From positions 22,180-86,179 of the forward strand of contig CANKXO010000007.1 in the NCBI GenBank assembly GCA_947487765.1: a stretch of DNA of 64,000 bases. Direction: 5' to 3'. This stretch comes from an uncultured Pseudomonadales bacterium (GTDB lineage Bacteria > Pseudomonadota > Gammaproteobacteria > Pseudomonadales > Cellvibrionaceae). The notes below the pieces were generated by a model. That model was given only the letters and a program-made list of their open reading frames with translations, did not search any database and was not told the origin of the DNA. Position 1 is the first letter of the stretch. Each line of letters opens with the position of its first letter. Below, piece by piece: positions 39,601 through 48,105 of this stretch. Both the position numbers and the translations under genes were made by a program.

Positions 39601-39820
39601 TGGATACAACAACACTATCAAATAGCTTCTCTGCTTTGCTAAGCTCAACAGCTTCAGGGGTTTTAGTGCCTTCTCTTAATTGATTGCCGCGACGCCCGTA
39701 TCGAAAATTAACGAGATAACGTTCATCTTTTCGGCTTGCTAACTCACATAAATCAACTTCATAAACTTTGTCGGAATTGCCTTCCTGATACACCAATCGA
39801 GATTGCTTGATTAGTCGCAT
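36644..39820 (-). CDS. Large WGR-like + alpha-helical repeat protein (MolR/DUF4132-like), retron accessory
   Basis: N-terminal KVYEVDL...YLVNFRYGRRGNQLREGTKT resembles a WGR domain; the remaining roughly 950 aa are Leu-rich helical repeats. Confidence 0.55.
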   Translation of the reverse strand: MRLIKQSRLVYQEGNSDKVYEVDLCELASRKDERYLVNFRYGRRGNQLREGTKTPEAVELSKAEKLFDSVVVSKVNKGYWDREQAKQSPTTTSPTLAGVPSSNLASDDFPFKLIEQILNHLPNEKETKSRSRMIWRLGELGHRDCEPIANAIVPYIKKGHWLEDYSIAWALGRMVATQHKAVLETLRQHKQAQVCHIAFESQLLISDQTSRKALLGSHWQHFPAQFKSAVMEGNSSTAHQQLGALLSHGASDNVNNTNQLLVLCYQLSLAYPILHQALLSQLAIIPLTPGYFRGIRSIYKASELRLDGSVFGLLAQRIETAPAFFRNDWDWAWLPGEGSIKPSKELKKANAKLTFSHRTRDYFRRRSWRVLRRIGQAGDLRYVDMATESLLAINDEHGSKPRTSEVYRWDNSGDNWQRQLISSNEYGPFASFLSLNHILFEHHPGYQLAPSGRVWIKSDESNTDGTSLINGSRTECFAELWDQKPSHALRLLKTSRCELVHPFARRILENQPSFCQKISPVDLALLLNSNYASTCEFALAIVRERIKQDDLSSELLIALLSSSLTEARVLGKQSLLRFKINDDISLLTSLLLILHSDVQSDIKTAVCQQKISGRNAEKLLQAIVDSIFLENSNLSEKHAEYLADFALENLNDAIKHFPLTSLQRLIHDEKVPRKILGAKLLLGHKISYGDIPDSLLQAIHDSSSAEVRGIGAALLGKQADKDLIKQLDLLVGLYCKGDTQERASLLSIFSRLMTNSQQGSEQIENTLLALTFKSEEQPGQHEELIAFFTSLAQSHLTKLDNDMLWRLLQAQSICAQRVGAITLTERNADIFSVKQWAILGQHSDVSVRQFAFQAYEKNVDEIKQYSRDALRILNSNWDDARTFGFDFFRQQYSQEDWSPEIVIFICDSIRDDVQSFGREILQSFFKAEYGPEYLLKLSQHPSNNVQLFVSSFLEEYAAGIPSHILSLQAYFTTALSQINKGRVCKDRILLFLLREAEKDISVATMVMPLLERISLTMVHKDKAALIKAMLKLQSLYPDIASPLTAKKVPIKQPASLGV

Positions 39821-40200
39821 AGCTTCCTTAAACTCTTTTATTTTTTGATAAACTTATTTTTTTGAGTATAGCATTATCCTAATAATGGACAAGACTACAT
39901 GGCTATATTATATCTAGAGTTTACACTCGCTCTATCGTAAAGACTATGCTTCTATATACTTCATTCACGTTTTATTAGATAGCAATTATAACCTTTACCC
40001 CTTTCCCTGACGTGATTGTAAAGTGTTAATTTCATATTTGGGTTTACGGCGGTGCTATAATTTTGGTTGCTGTGTCAGGAAGTGTCGCGTTATTTTCAAT
40101 TCTAAAGGTTATCTTGATGAATGTGTTACCTAGCCCGATGACAAATATGTAATTACTATATTTTAAACAATTTTTAAATGCTTAACTGGTAGTAAAGTAT

Positions 40201-41460
40201 ATGCAATTAAATAATAAAAAAGTTTACTTAGTTGGCGGAGCTGTCCGTGACGAACTATTGAATCGCCCAGTTTCAGATCGAGACTGGGTGGTGATTGGTG
40301 TGACTCCAGAAATGTTGATTAAGCAAGGCTATCGGCAAATCGGTAGTGACTTTCCTTGCTTTTTGCATCCTGAAACCAAAGATGAATATGCACTGGCACG
40401 TACGGAGAAAAAATCAGGAAGCGGCCATACAGGGTTTGTGTGTGATTTTAGTCCTGAGGTAACTCTCGAAGAAGATTTATCTCGGCGCGACCTCACCATC
40501 AATGCCATTGCTAAAACAGTAGAGGGTGAATATGTTGATCCTTATGGAGGCAGAGAAGATTTAGAGAATCGAATATTGCGCCATGTATCAGATGCATTTG
40601 CTGAAGACCCATTGCGTGTGTTACGCGTTGCTCGTTTTGCCGCTCGCTACGCAGAGTTAGGTTTTACGGTACACCCAAGTACATTAGCCTTAATGGCTCA
40701 GTTAGTCAGTTCTGGTGAACTATCAGAATTAACACCAGAGCGAGTCTGGAAAGAAATGTCTCGTGCATTAACAGAGCCTCGTCCTAGTGAGTTCTTTCGT
40801 GTGCTTCGTGCCTGTGGTGCTTTGTCGGTACTATTACCCGAAGTAGATTGCTTATTCGGTGTTCCTCAGCCACCCCAACATCATCCTGAAATTGATACCG
40901 GCGATCATGTAATGATGGTGGTTGATATCGCTAAAGAGCGCTTTGATTCTATTAATATCACTTGGGCTGCCTTAATGCATGATTTAGGAAAAGGGCTGAC
41001 GCCTGAAGAGGAGTGGCCCAAGCATATCCGTCATGAAATTAAAGGTGTGCCATTAGTTGAGGCTGTTTGCGAGCGTTATAAAGTTCCGCGTGATTTTAAA
41101 ACATTAGCAATGTTAGTTTCTGAGCACCATTTGCGTTGCCATAAATTATTAGAGATGAGACCAAAATCCATTATGCGCTTATTAGAAGCGCTGGATGCTT
41201 TTAGGCGGCCAGAGAGGGTTAAATATTTTGCGCAAGCCTGCGAAGCCGACGCCAGAGGTCGCTTAGGTTTAGAAGATAGAGATTACCCACAATCGTCACT
41301 ATTAATAAAATGCGGTGAAGTGGGGAAGGATATAGATATTAAGCCTTTACTGGATGAAGGCTACCAAGGCTTGAAGCTGGCGGAACAGATTCGCCGTTTA
41401 CGACTAGGGGCGATTAAGAGGTTTATGGCAAATTATCGAAAAGAAATATTAGGGAAATAA
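40201..41460 (+). CDS. cca: CCA-adding tRNA nucleotidyltransferase with HD domain
   Basis: LVGGAVRDELLNRPVSDRDWVV, TERKSGSGHTGF, RRDLTINAIA, LRVLRVARFAARY, HHPEIDTGDH, collinear with E. coli Cca. Confidence 0.9.
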   Translation: MQLNNKKVYLVGGAVRDELLNRPVSDRDWVVIGVTPEMLIKQGYRQIGSDFPCFLHPETKDEYALARTEKKSGSGHTGFVCDFSPEVTLEEDLSRRDLTINAIAKTVEGEYVDPYGGREDLENRILRHVSDAFAEDPLRVLRVARFAARYAELGFTVHPSTLALMAQLVSSGELSELTPERVWKEMSRALTEPRPSEFFRVLRACGALSVLLPEVDCLFGVPQPPQHHPEIDTGDHVMMVVDIAKERFDSINITWAALMHDLGKGLTPEEEWPKHIRHEIKGVPLVEAVCERYKVPRDFKTLAMLVSEHHLRCHKLLEMRPKSIMRLLEALDAFRRPERVKYFAQACEADARGRLGLEDRDYPQSSLLIKCGEVGKDIDIKPLLDEGYQGLKLAEQIRRLRLGAIKRFMANYRKEILGK

Positions 41461-41464
41461 TAAG

Positions 41465-42367
41465 ATGAGCAGTAAAACTCAGCATTTAATTAAACAAGGT
41501 TTACTCAAGTCTCCGCCTAAGTTTTTGGAAACCGGGGTACAGTATGAAGTGGTTATGGGCTCTATTGCCTATGGTGTTGCTGAAGATCACTCTGATATGG
41601 ATATTTATGGTTTTGCCATTCCACCACGAGACTGGGTATTTCCTCACTTAAGAGGAGAAATTTCAGGTTTTGATGAATCTGGCCCTCAATTTGAGCAAGT
41701 GCAGCAACATCATATGTTGGATAAGTCTGCACGTGGAGGTAAAGGCAAGGAGTATGATTTGGTCATCTATTCGATTATTAAATACTTTCGCTTACTGATG
41801 GATAATAACCCTAATATTATTGATTCTTTATTTGTGCCGCGCAATTGTGTGCTTTATAGCACTGCTGTTGGTGAGATGGTCCGCGAAAACCGTCATCTAT
41901 TCTTGCATAAAGGTTGTTGGGCAAAGTTCAAAGGTTATGCTTATTCACAAGTACATAAAATGCGAACAAAGGTTCCAGAAGGTGGCCGTCAAGCGATCAT
42001 TGATGAATATGGTTATGATGTAAAATTTGCCTATCATGTTGTTCGGTTACTGAATGAAGTCGAGCAAATATTAATTGAAAAAGACCTTGATTTGGCACGA
42101 AATAAAGAGCAATTAAAATCGATACGCCGTGGCGAATGGACACAGCAAGCCATTGAAGAATATTTTACTAATAAAGAAAAACAACTTGAGCAAACTTATC
42201 TGGACAGTGCCTTGCCTGCGTTACCGGATAAAGCAGCTATTAAAAAGTTATTGTTGGAATGCTTGGAGCATCATTACGGCTCATTATCTGAATGTATTGT
42301 TCAGGAAGATGAGGCTTTGATCGCTATTCGAGAAATTGAAACGATAGTGCAACGCTTGAAAAAGTAA
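41465..42367 (+). CDS. Pol-beta superfamily nucleotidyltransferase (predicted RNA-repair NTase)
   Basis: GS-x10-D-x-D motif MGSIAYGVAEDHSDMDIYGF; start is 4 nt after the cca stop (likely co-transcribed). Confidence 0.6.
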   Translation: MSSKTQHLIKQGLLKSPPKFLETGVQYEVVMGSIAYGVAEDHSDMDIYGFAIPPRDWVFPHLRGEISGFDESGPQFEQVQQHHMLDKSARGGKGKEYDLVIYSIIKYFRLLMDNNPNIIDSLFVPRNCVLYSTAVGEMVRENRHLFLHKGCWAKFKGYAYSQVHKMRTKVPEGGRQAIIDEYGYDVKFAYHVVRLLNEVEQILIEKDLDLARNKEQLKSIRRGEWTQQAIEEYFTNKEKQLEQTYLDSALPALPDKAAIKKLLLECLEHHYGSLSECIVQEDEALIAIREIETIVQRLKK

Positions 42368-42864
42368 GCCTTTATTTTTTAATTGAACCACTTTGTATTT
42401 GTTAACCTATAAAAATACTCATTAATATAGTTGTAGTTAATTTTTGTAAGGAAATGTTATAAAAATTATGAATAAAGATATTGATATATAATTTTAATAT
42501 GACTATAGTGCGCGCAGTTTTTACAAATCACCTTTAATCAATACTCTACAGGAGGCTCAAGTATGTTGTATCTAAATAATCAAATCGCATTGTTGGGTTT
42601 GTCTGTATCTTGTTCTTATAGCTAACATTTTTGTTAACGCTATAGCTATCTTTCAGATAAATCCTCTTAGCTAAACGTCTTAACTGTACGTTATAGGTAG
42701 TTTTGCGTAATTTTTTAAGCTAATTCTTGTTGGTCAAATTCTATCGACCATACATTTGCATTTTTTTATGCGGTTAGCGATTAATCTGTATCGCCTTTTG
42801 TTTCAACTCGAAAATATTTTTTGAGGGGGCAATGTCGTGCCTAAAAACATGAGTAGAAATTTTA

Positions 42865-44091
42865 ATGGACACTTATATTAAAAAAATTAATACGCTGGTT
42901 GATCGGCAGGCGAGAGTTGTTATCTTTGATGATAATTGGCTTGAAGATTCTGCTGTTGAGCAGTTGAAAAGAACAATGGAATTAGACGGCATGTTGAGAG
43001 GTATCGGTATGCTTGACCTGCACCCAGGTAAGGGGCAACCAATTGGTGCAGCGTTTGTAACGTGTAATGCCATCTATCCTCACCTTGTCGGGAGTGATAT
43101 CGGTTGTGGTATGGGATTATGGGATTTAGATATTCCAGTCCGAAAAGTTAAATTGGATAAATGGGAGAAGCAATTAGTTGGCCTTGATGAATTTTGGGAT
43201 GGATATCCAAATGATCGGTTACAGAAAAAAGATATTGATACAACTGATACTTTTTTATTATCTGAAAACGGTAAGTTAGGAACCATCGGTGGTGGTAATC
43301 ATTTTGCAGAGCTACAGAAAATTGACAGTATTATTGATTCTGTTGCGTTTAAGCAGTCAGGTCTCAATCATCAGTCTGTTAAATTACTAGTGCATAGTGG
43401 TTCGAGAGGTCTGGGCCAAAAAATTCTCAGGCGCTATGTTGATGATTTTGGCTCAAGCGCTATTTCGACAAATGAACAACCTGAACTTGGTCAACATTAT
43501 ATTCAGCAACATAACTACGCTATCAGATGGGCTGAAGTGAATCGTGATGTCATTGCAGACCGGTTCTGTGAACAGCTCAAAGCGCAGCGGAGATTGGTAT
43601 TGGATGTTGCTCACAACAGGGTTGACCCATTGGCTGAGGAATACGCTGAAGCGATGGGGTTATTAACAAAGAGGCTGCCAGGAAATGGCAACAAAAAATA
43701 CTGGATACACCGTAAAGGCGCAAGCCCAACTAATGAAGGGTTGGTCATGATACCGGGGTCTCGTGGTAGCTTGAGCTACCTTGTTAAGCCTCGTTTGTCG
43801 AATATTCATAGTCTTTCTCAAGGTGGTTTTTCATTGGCCCATGGTGCAGGACGTAAATGGAAGCGAAGTGATGTTCGAGGACGATTAGAAAGCCGCTATA
43901 AAGTAAAAGATTTGGAAAAAACAGCCTTGGGTAGTCGAGTTATTTGTAAGCAACGCGACTTACTGTATGAGGAAGCACCTCAGGCTTACAAAAATATAAG
44001 TCATGTAATAAGTGATTTGGTTGGCGCTGGTCTTGTCGATATTGTTGCAACATTTAAACCGTTACTGACTTATAAGACACGGAGGGTATAA
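42865..44091 (+). CDS. rtcB: RtcB-family RNA ligase, second copy (RtcB2-type, paired with PrfH)
   Basis: GSDIGCGMG, GGGNHFAELQ, HSGSRGLG, AHGAGRKW. Confidence 0.85.
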   Translation: MDTYIKKINTLVDRQARVVIFDDNWLEDSAVEQLKRTMELDGMLRGIGMLDLHPGKGQPIGAAFVTCNAIYPHLVGSDIGCGMGLWDLDIPVRKVKLDKWEKQLVGLDEFWDGYPNDRLQKKDIDTTDTFLLSENGKLGTIGGGNHFAELQKIDSIIDSVAFKQSGLNHQSVKLLVHSGSRGLGQKILRRYVDDFGSSAISTNEQPELGQHYIQQHNYAIRWAEVNRDVIADRFCEQLKAQRRLVLDVAHNRVDPLAEEYAEAMGLLTKRLPGNGNKKYWIHRKGASPTNEGLVMIPGSRGSLSYLVKPRLSNIHSLSQGGFSLAHGAGRKWKRSDVRGRLESRYKVKDLEKTALGSRVICKQRDLLYEEAPQAYKNISHVISDLVGAGLVDIVATFKPLLTYKTRRV

Positions 44092-44093
44092 AT

Positions 44094-44789
44094 ATGAAAA
44101 TAGTGAAAGGAGAAAATGAAAAAAATATTGCATGGTTGCAAGTAACCTCTGGTCAAGGGCCGAAAGAATGCGCTTGGGTTGTCGCACGATTAGAGCCGAT
44201 CATTTTGCAAGAGGCTAAAAAGGCTGATCTGTCTGCTGAGCGCATTGAAGCTTTGGCTTTTGATAAATTGCTACGGAAGCAAAATCTTATCGAGACTGAT
44301 GCTTATTTATCGATATTAATCCGCTTGCAAGGGAGGGGAGTCGACGAGTTTGTTCAATCTTGGCAGGGAACGATTAAATGGCAAGGCGAAAGCCCCTATC
44401 GTCCCAAGCATAAGCGATTTAACTGGTTTGTCGGTGTTGCAACACTTGCTATACCAGAGAAGCAAAACGTTGAGTTAAGTAGTTTATCTAAAGATATTGA
44501 TTTTGAATCAATGCGAACAAAGGGGCCAGGTGGGCAACATGTAAATAAAACGAATAGCGCGATTCGTGCGACGCATCGACCAACAGGTTTGCAAGTACGG
44601 GTTGAAACGGACCGTTCTCAGCATAGGAACAAGCAAATAGCATTGGAGCGTTTGCAAATGTTGCTAGCTCAAAGAGGTAGTAATGAGAAAAAATCAATAG
44701 AGCATGCACGCTGGCTGCAACACTATGATGTGAAAAGGGGCAGTCCTACACGCATATTTTATGGGAAAGGATTTACCGAAAACCATTGA
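44094..44789 (+). CDS. prfH: Peptide-chain-release-factor homologue PrfH
   Basis: GGQ motif RTKGPGGQHVNKTNSAIRATHRPTGLQV, short RF lacking full codon-recognition domains, immediately downstream of rtcB2. Confidence 0.8.
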   Translation: MKIVKGENEKNIAWLQVTSGQGPKECAWVVARLEPIILQEAKKADLSAERIEALAFDKLLRKQNLIETDAYLSILIRLQGRGVDEFVQSWQGTIKWQGESPYRPKHKRFNWFVGVATLAIPEKQNVELSSLSKDIDFESMRTKGPGGQHVNKTNSAIRATHRPTGLQVRVETDRSQHRNKQIALERLQMLLAQRGSNEKKSIEHARWLQHYDVKRGSPTRIFYGKGFTENH

Positions 44790-44917
44790 TCTATTAAAAA
44801 ACTGGAGTAATGAAATGAATAATCAACAAACCCCGTTGGGCATTTATCGAAATAAGAAGCGAATTTTTACGCCTTCCAAATGGCAGGTTGCTGTAATGAA
44901 CGAAAGAGAATACGAAG

Positions 44918-45874
44918 ATGAAACAGGAAGAGTTAAGCGAGGTGTTGGATTGCCTAGGGAATGAAAGAACACTTTTTTACTACTTTAAAGATCGCTATTG
45001 CTTAGATTTAATTGGCTGGTATATGGATAAAACAAAAAGTCGGTCATTGTTGATTAGGGATTTAAATAAAAGCGGCTTGAAAAATATTCTTCAGAAACCA
45101 GTCATGAGAGAGATTATTAAAAATTGCGGCCATGGTTTTTTGACAAAAGAAATCATAAAAGCCTTCTGGTTCCATGACTTTTTAACGTTCACTTTAACAT
45201 TGGATCATTGGGGAGAAGGGGATAGAGGTTATGACCAAACCTCCAGAAACCAAAAGAATTTAGTGTTGCAGCTGAATTTTGACAATAAACATACGAGTGA
45301 ATATCAGCGTTTATTAAAGCCTGACGACCACTATGGGCCTTTTGAGTGCTGGTGTCACCCTGTTAGGCAGGATGCTAAAAAGACGATGTCGTGGGTAAGA
45401 ATGGATTTCGACTTTACAACCAATGAAGCGCTAATCGAAGAGGTTCAAAATGATTGGTTGCGACAGGCAAATGGAGGATTAACTCGTGTTAAAAAAAGTT
45501 TATCGAGAAAATCAACGCTTAAGCCAGGTGATATTGTTAGCGGCATTCATTGTGAATATAAAGACTTGGAATATTATGTTGAAGAAGTACTGAAGCCTTA
45601 TCGAAAGCTATGGGCAGAAGCTTCTATGCTGGCAGCCATACAATTTATACGTAATGAGTTAGGTATTAATACGATTTACTATCATAGCTTCAGTACAGGT
45701 AATAAGTTGAAGAAGGTTTATGGTTTGCCACCTAGATCAATGTATACACAATTGCCTAAAAAATTTGGTTTTGAATTGACTGAAGAAGCACCTGAGTTTT
45801 TAGCAAGAGATAAACATGCTAAGCGTTACATTAAGGCCATTGAAAACCCGCGATGGTATCGTATGGCGTTATAA
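44918..45874 (+). CDS. Hypothetical protein (318 aa) downstream of prfH
   Basis: intact ORF with no recognisable motif by eye. Confidence 0.5.
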   Translation: MKQEELSEVLDCLGNERTLFYYFKDRYCLDLIGWYMDKTKSRSLLIRDLNKSGLKNILQKPVMREIIKNCGHGFLTKEIIKAFWFHDFLTFTLTLDHWGEGDRGYDQTSRNQKNLVLQLNFDNKHTSEYQRLLKPDDHYGPFECWCHPVRQDAKKTMSWVRMDFDFTTNEALIEEVQNDWLRQANGGLTRVKKSLSRKSTLKPGDIVSGIHCEYKDLEYYVEEVLKPYRKLWAEASMLAAIQFIRNELGINTIYYHSFSTGNKLKKVYGLPPRSMYTQLPKKFGFELTEEAPEFLARDKHAKRYIKAIENPRWYRMAL

Positions 45875-45907
45875 GTGCATTAAACAACCTAATTAAGGAG
45901 AAATGCT

Positions 45908-46087
45908 ATGAATACTTACAATGAAAATCAAAAGAGCTTTCGAGGTCACTAGCAAACGACGTAAAGGTTACCCTTCAGAAACACAGGTTATGAAGGGAGA
46001 CCGCGTGGTTCACGGAGACAAAGAGCTCATCGAAAAGCTGGGCAGGAATGACCCTTGCCCTTGTGGCTCCAGGAGGTTATTTTAAAA
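45908..46087 (+). pseudogene. Frameshifted SEC-C-motif (CPCGS...KKCC) small-protein remnant
   Basis: frame [15 protein letters not shown]; frame B ...[40 protein letters not shown]. Confidence 0.5.
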
Positions 46088-46251
46088 AGTGCTGTCTTAA
46101 ATCAGGTTGCTTTTGACGGTGCCAATCGTGATTACTACTACCGTTAGCGAATACTCTCCGCCTCCATTTTCGTGGAAGTGGAGAGTGAATAAAAGTTTGA
46201 GATGAGAGTAACAAGGTATACTTTGTCAACATGTTCCTAATTGATAAAATG

Positions 46252-47946
46252 CTAGACCGCTATAGAACTATCCAGTATTTCTTGTGGCAGTGTAAACCAG
46301 CGCAGTTTTTCAGCTGCATCTGATAGCTCTAAACAGTATGTGTTTTCAGTGCGATTTTTTTTAGATATTTCTTTTTCAGCAGCAACAATATATTGTTCAA
46401 GTAATGCTGTATCTTGCGATGGTAATTGTGTTTCCTCTTGATCTTTTAGCGATAAAAAATTAATAAATTTCAAATGGCCATTTAATTCCATGGCTGAGTT
46501 TTGATAGCGCCATACACCATTGACGAAGTTATAATAAGGTAAAAGTTGCCATCCATGCTCTGCTACTAATTCTATTGCCCGTACGATGTATTCAAACGTT
46601 GGTTCATCAATAAAGTAATTGAAATTAACTCGTACCCAGCCTGGGCGTAAAATTATTTCTCCTTTTAGTAACTGTTTTTCCAGTGCGCGACTATATTCCA
46701 TCGTCATTCCTAGTAGTGTGTGCCCGTAAGGGCCAGCACAGGAGCAACCTCCTCTTGCTTGAATGCCAAAAAAATCATTCAGTAACGCGACGACAAAACC
46801 ATAGTGAAGGTCTTTCCTTTGATGCTTTATGCGAAGAGAGGCGATGGATAAACGAGGTAACTCAGGGTTGCCGAGAATTTCTATGTTGTCGCAACTTGAC
46901 CAGCGAGCTATAGCTCTTTCAATAAAATCCTTCTCACGATGCTCAATATTTCCTGTGCCAACCTGTTGTTGTAATTTGAAAACAAGCCCTGCTCGAATGG
47001 ACTCAACAATTGCTGGAGTGCCACCTTCTTCACGTCGTTCAGAGTCATTAATATATTGATGATCTTCTGGTGTGACATACATTACTGTGCCGCCTCCTGG
47101 CATAGCGGGTACGCGGTTTTTTAGCAGCTGTTTTTTTACCGCCAATATACCAGGTGTGCCCGGACCTCCTATAAATTTATGAGGGGAGATAAATACAGCA
47201 TCTTTGCTGGTCTCTTTTGATGTTGACATAGTAATGTTTACATAAGGCGCTGCTGCTGCATAATCCCAAAAAGCAAATGCGCCATAGCGATGCAGTAATT
47301 GAGAAACACTATTCGTATCTGTTTTAATGCCTGTCACGTTTGAGGCAGCTGAAAAACTGCCTATTTTAAAAGGTCTATCTTGATAGCGTTGTAACTGTGC
47401 TTCCAGTGCATTGATATCCAAAGTACCCTCTTTATCAAGAGGGATGCTCACCAGTGTTGCGATAGTTTCTCTCCAAGGTAATTCATTGGAATGGTGCTCA
47501 TAAGGTCCAATAAATATTACGGGGCGACCCTCTAAAGGGATATGTTGCTCGAGTTGATAGCGGTCGTTTAAGTCGGCCGGCAGGCGTAAGTTGAGGATAT
47601 CGATAAGCTTGTTAATCGCGGCTGTGGCACCGGAGCCACAGAAAATAATATCGTAATCCTCATAGGCATTAATGGCTTTGCGAATTTCCTGTCTAGCCTC
47701 TTCTCGATATGTAGACGTTTGAGCACCGGTATAAGAGGTCTCCGTATGAGTGTTGGCATAATAAGGCAGTACGTTTTTCTGAATAAAATCTTCTATCATT
47801 TTCAGGGAACGACCCGAAGCAGTGTAGTCAGCATAGACTAAGGGTTTGTTTCCAAAAGGGGTTTTAATTAGTTGATTATTGCCAATAACATCTTCTCGAA
47901 TAGATTGGACGAGTTGTTCATTACACATAAGCTTGCACCACTTCAA
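46252..47946 (-). CDS. Class-V aminotransferase / cysteine-desulfurase-like PLP enzyme (long form)
   Basis: 564 aa, class-V fold pattern (SFSAASNVTG..., SPHKFIGGPG). Confidence 0.75.
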   Translation of the reverse strand: MKWCKLMCNEQLVQSIREDVIGNNQLIKTPFGNKPLVYADYTASGRSLKMIEDFIQKNVLPYYANTHTETSYTGAQTSTYREEARQEIRKAINAYEDYDIIFCGSGATAAINKLIDILNLRLPADLNDRYQLEQHIPLEGRPVIFIGPYEHHSNELPWRETIATLVSIPLDKEGTLDINALEAQLQRYQDRPFKIGSFSAASNVTGIKTDTNSVSQLLHRYGAFAFWDYAAAAPYVNITMSTSKETSKDAVFISPHKFIGGPGTPGILAVKKQLLKNRVPAMPGGGTVMYVTPEDHQYINDSERREEGGTPAIVESIRAGLVFKLQQQVGTGNIEHREKDFIERAIARWSSCDNIEILGNPELPRLSIASLRIKHQRKDLHYGFVVALLNDFFGIQARGGCSCAGPYGHTLLGMTMEYSRALEKQLLKGEIILRPGWVRVNFNYFIDEPTFEYIVRAIELVAEHGWQLLPYYNFVNGVWRYQNSAMELNGHLKFINFLSLKDQEETQLPSQDTALLEQYIVAAEKEISKKNRTENTYCLELSDAAEKLRWFTLPQEILDSSIAV

Positions 47947-48105
47947 TACGGTTACTAATGTGGAATAGTGTAGGTTAAGGCGTGGAAAACAATGTGCCTA
48001 TTTTTATGATTTTTGGTTTTATGTTGGCATTTTGTTCCTTAATTTGTTTAAATTTTGAGAAATTATTTCTATTTTGGTGTTTTTAACTATTTTTTTGTTT
48101 TTTAG

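Noticed and set aside
44761-44964. 67-aa ORF overlapping the prfH 3' end
   Set aside because: It overlaps prfH and the start of the 318-aa gene in another frame, with no RBS. Likely spurious.
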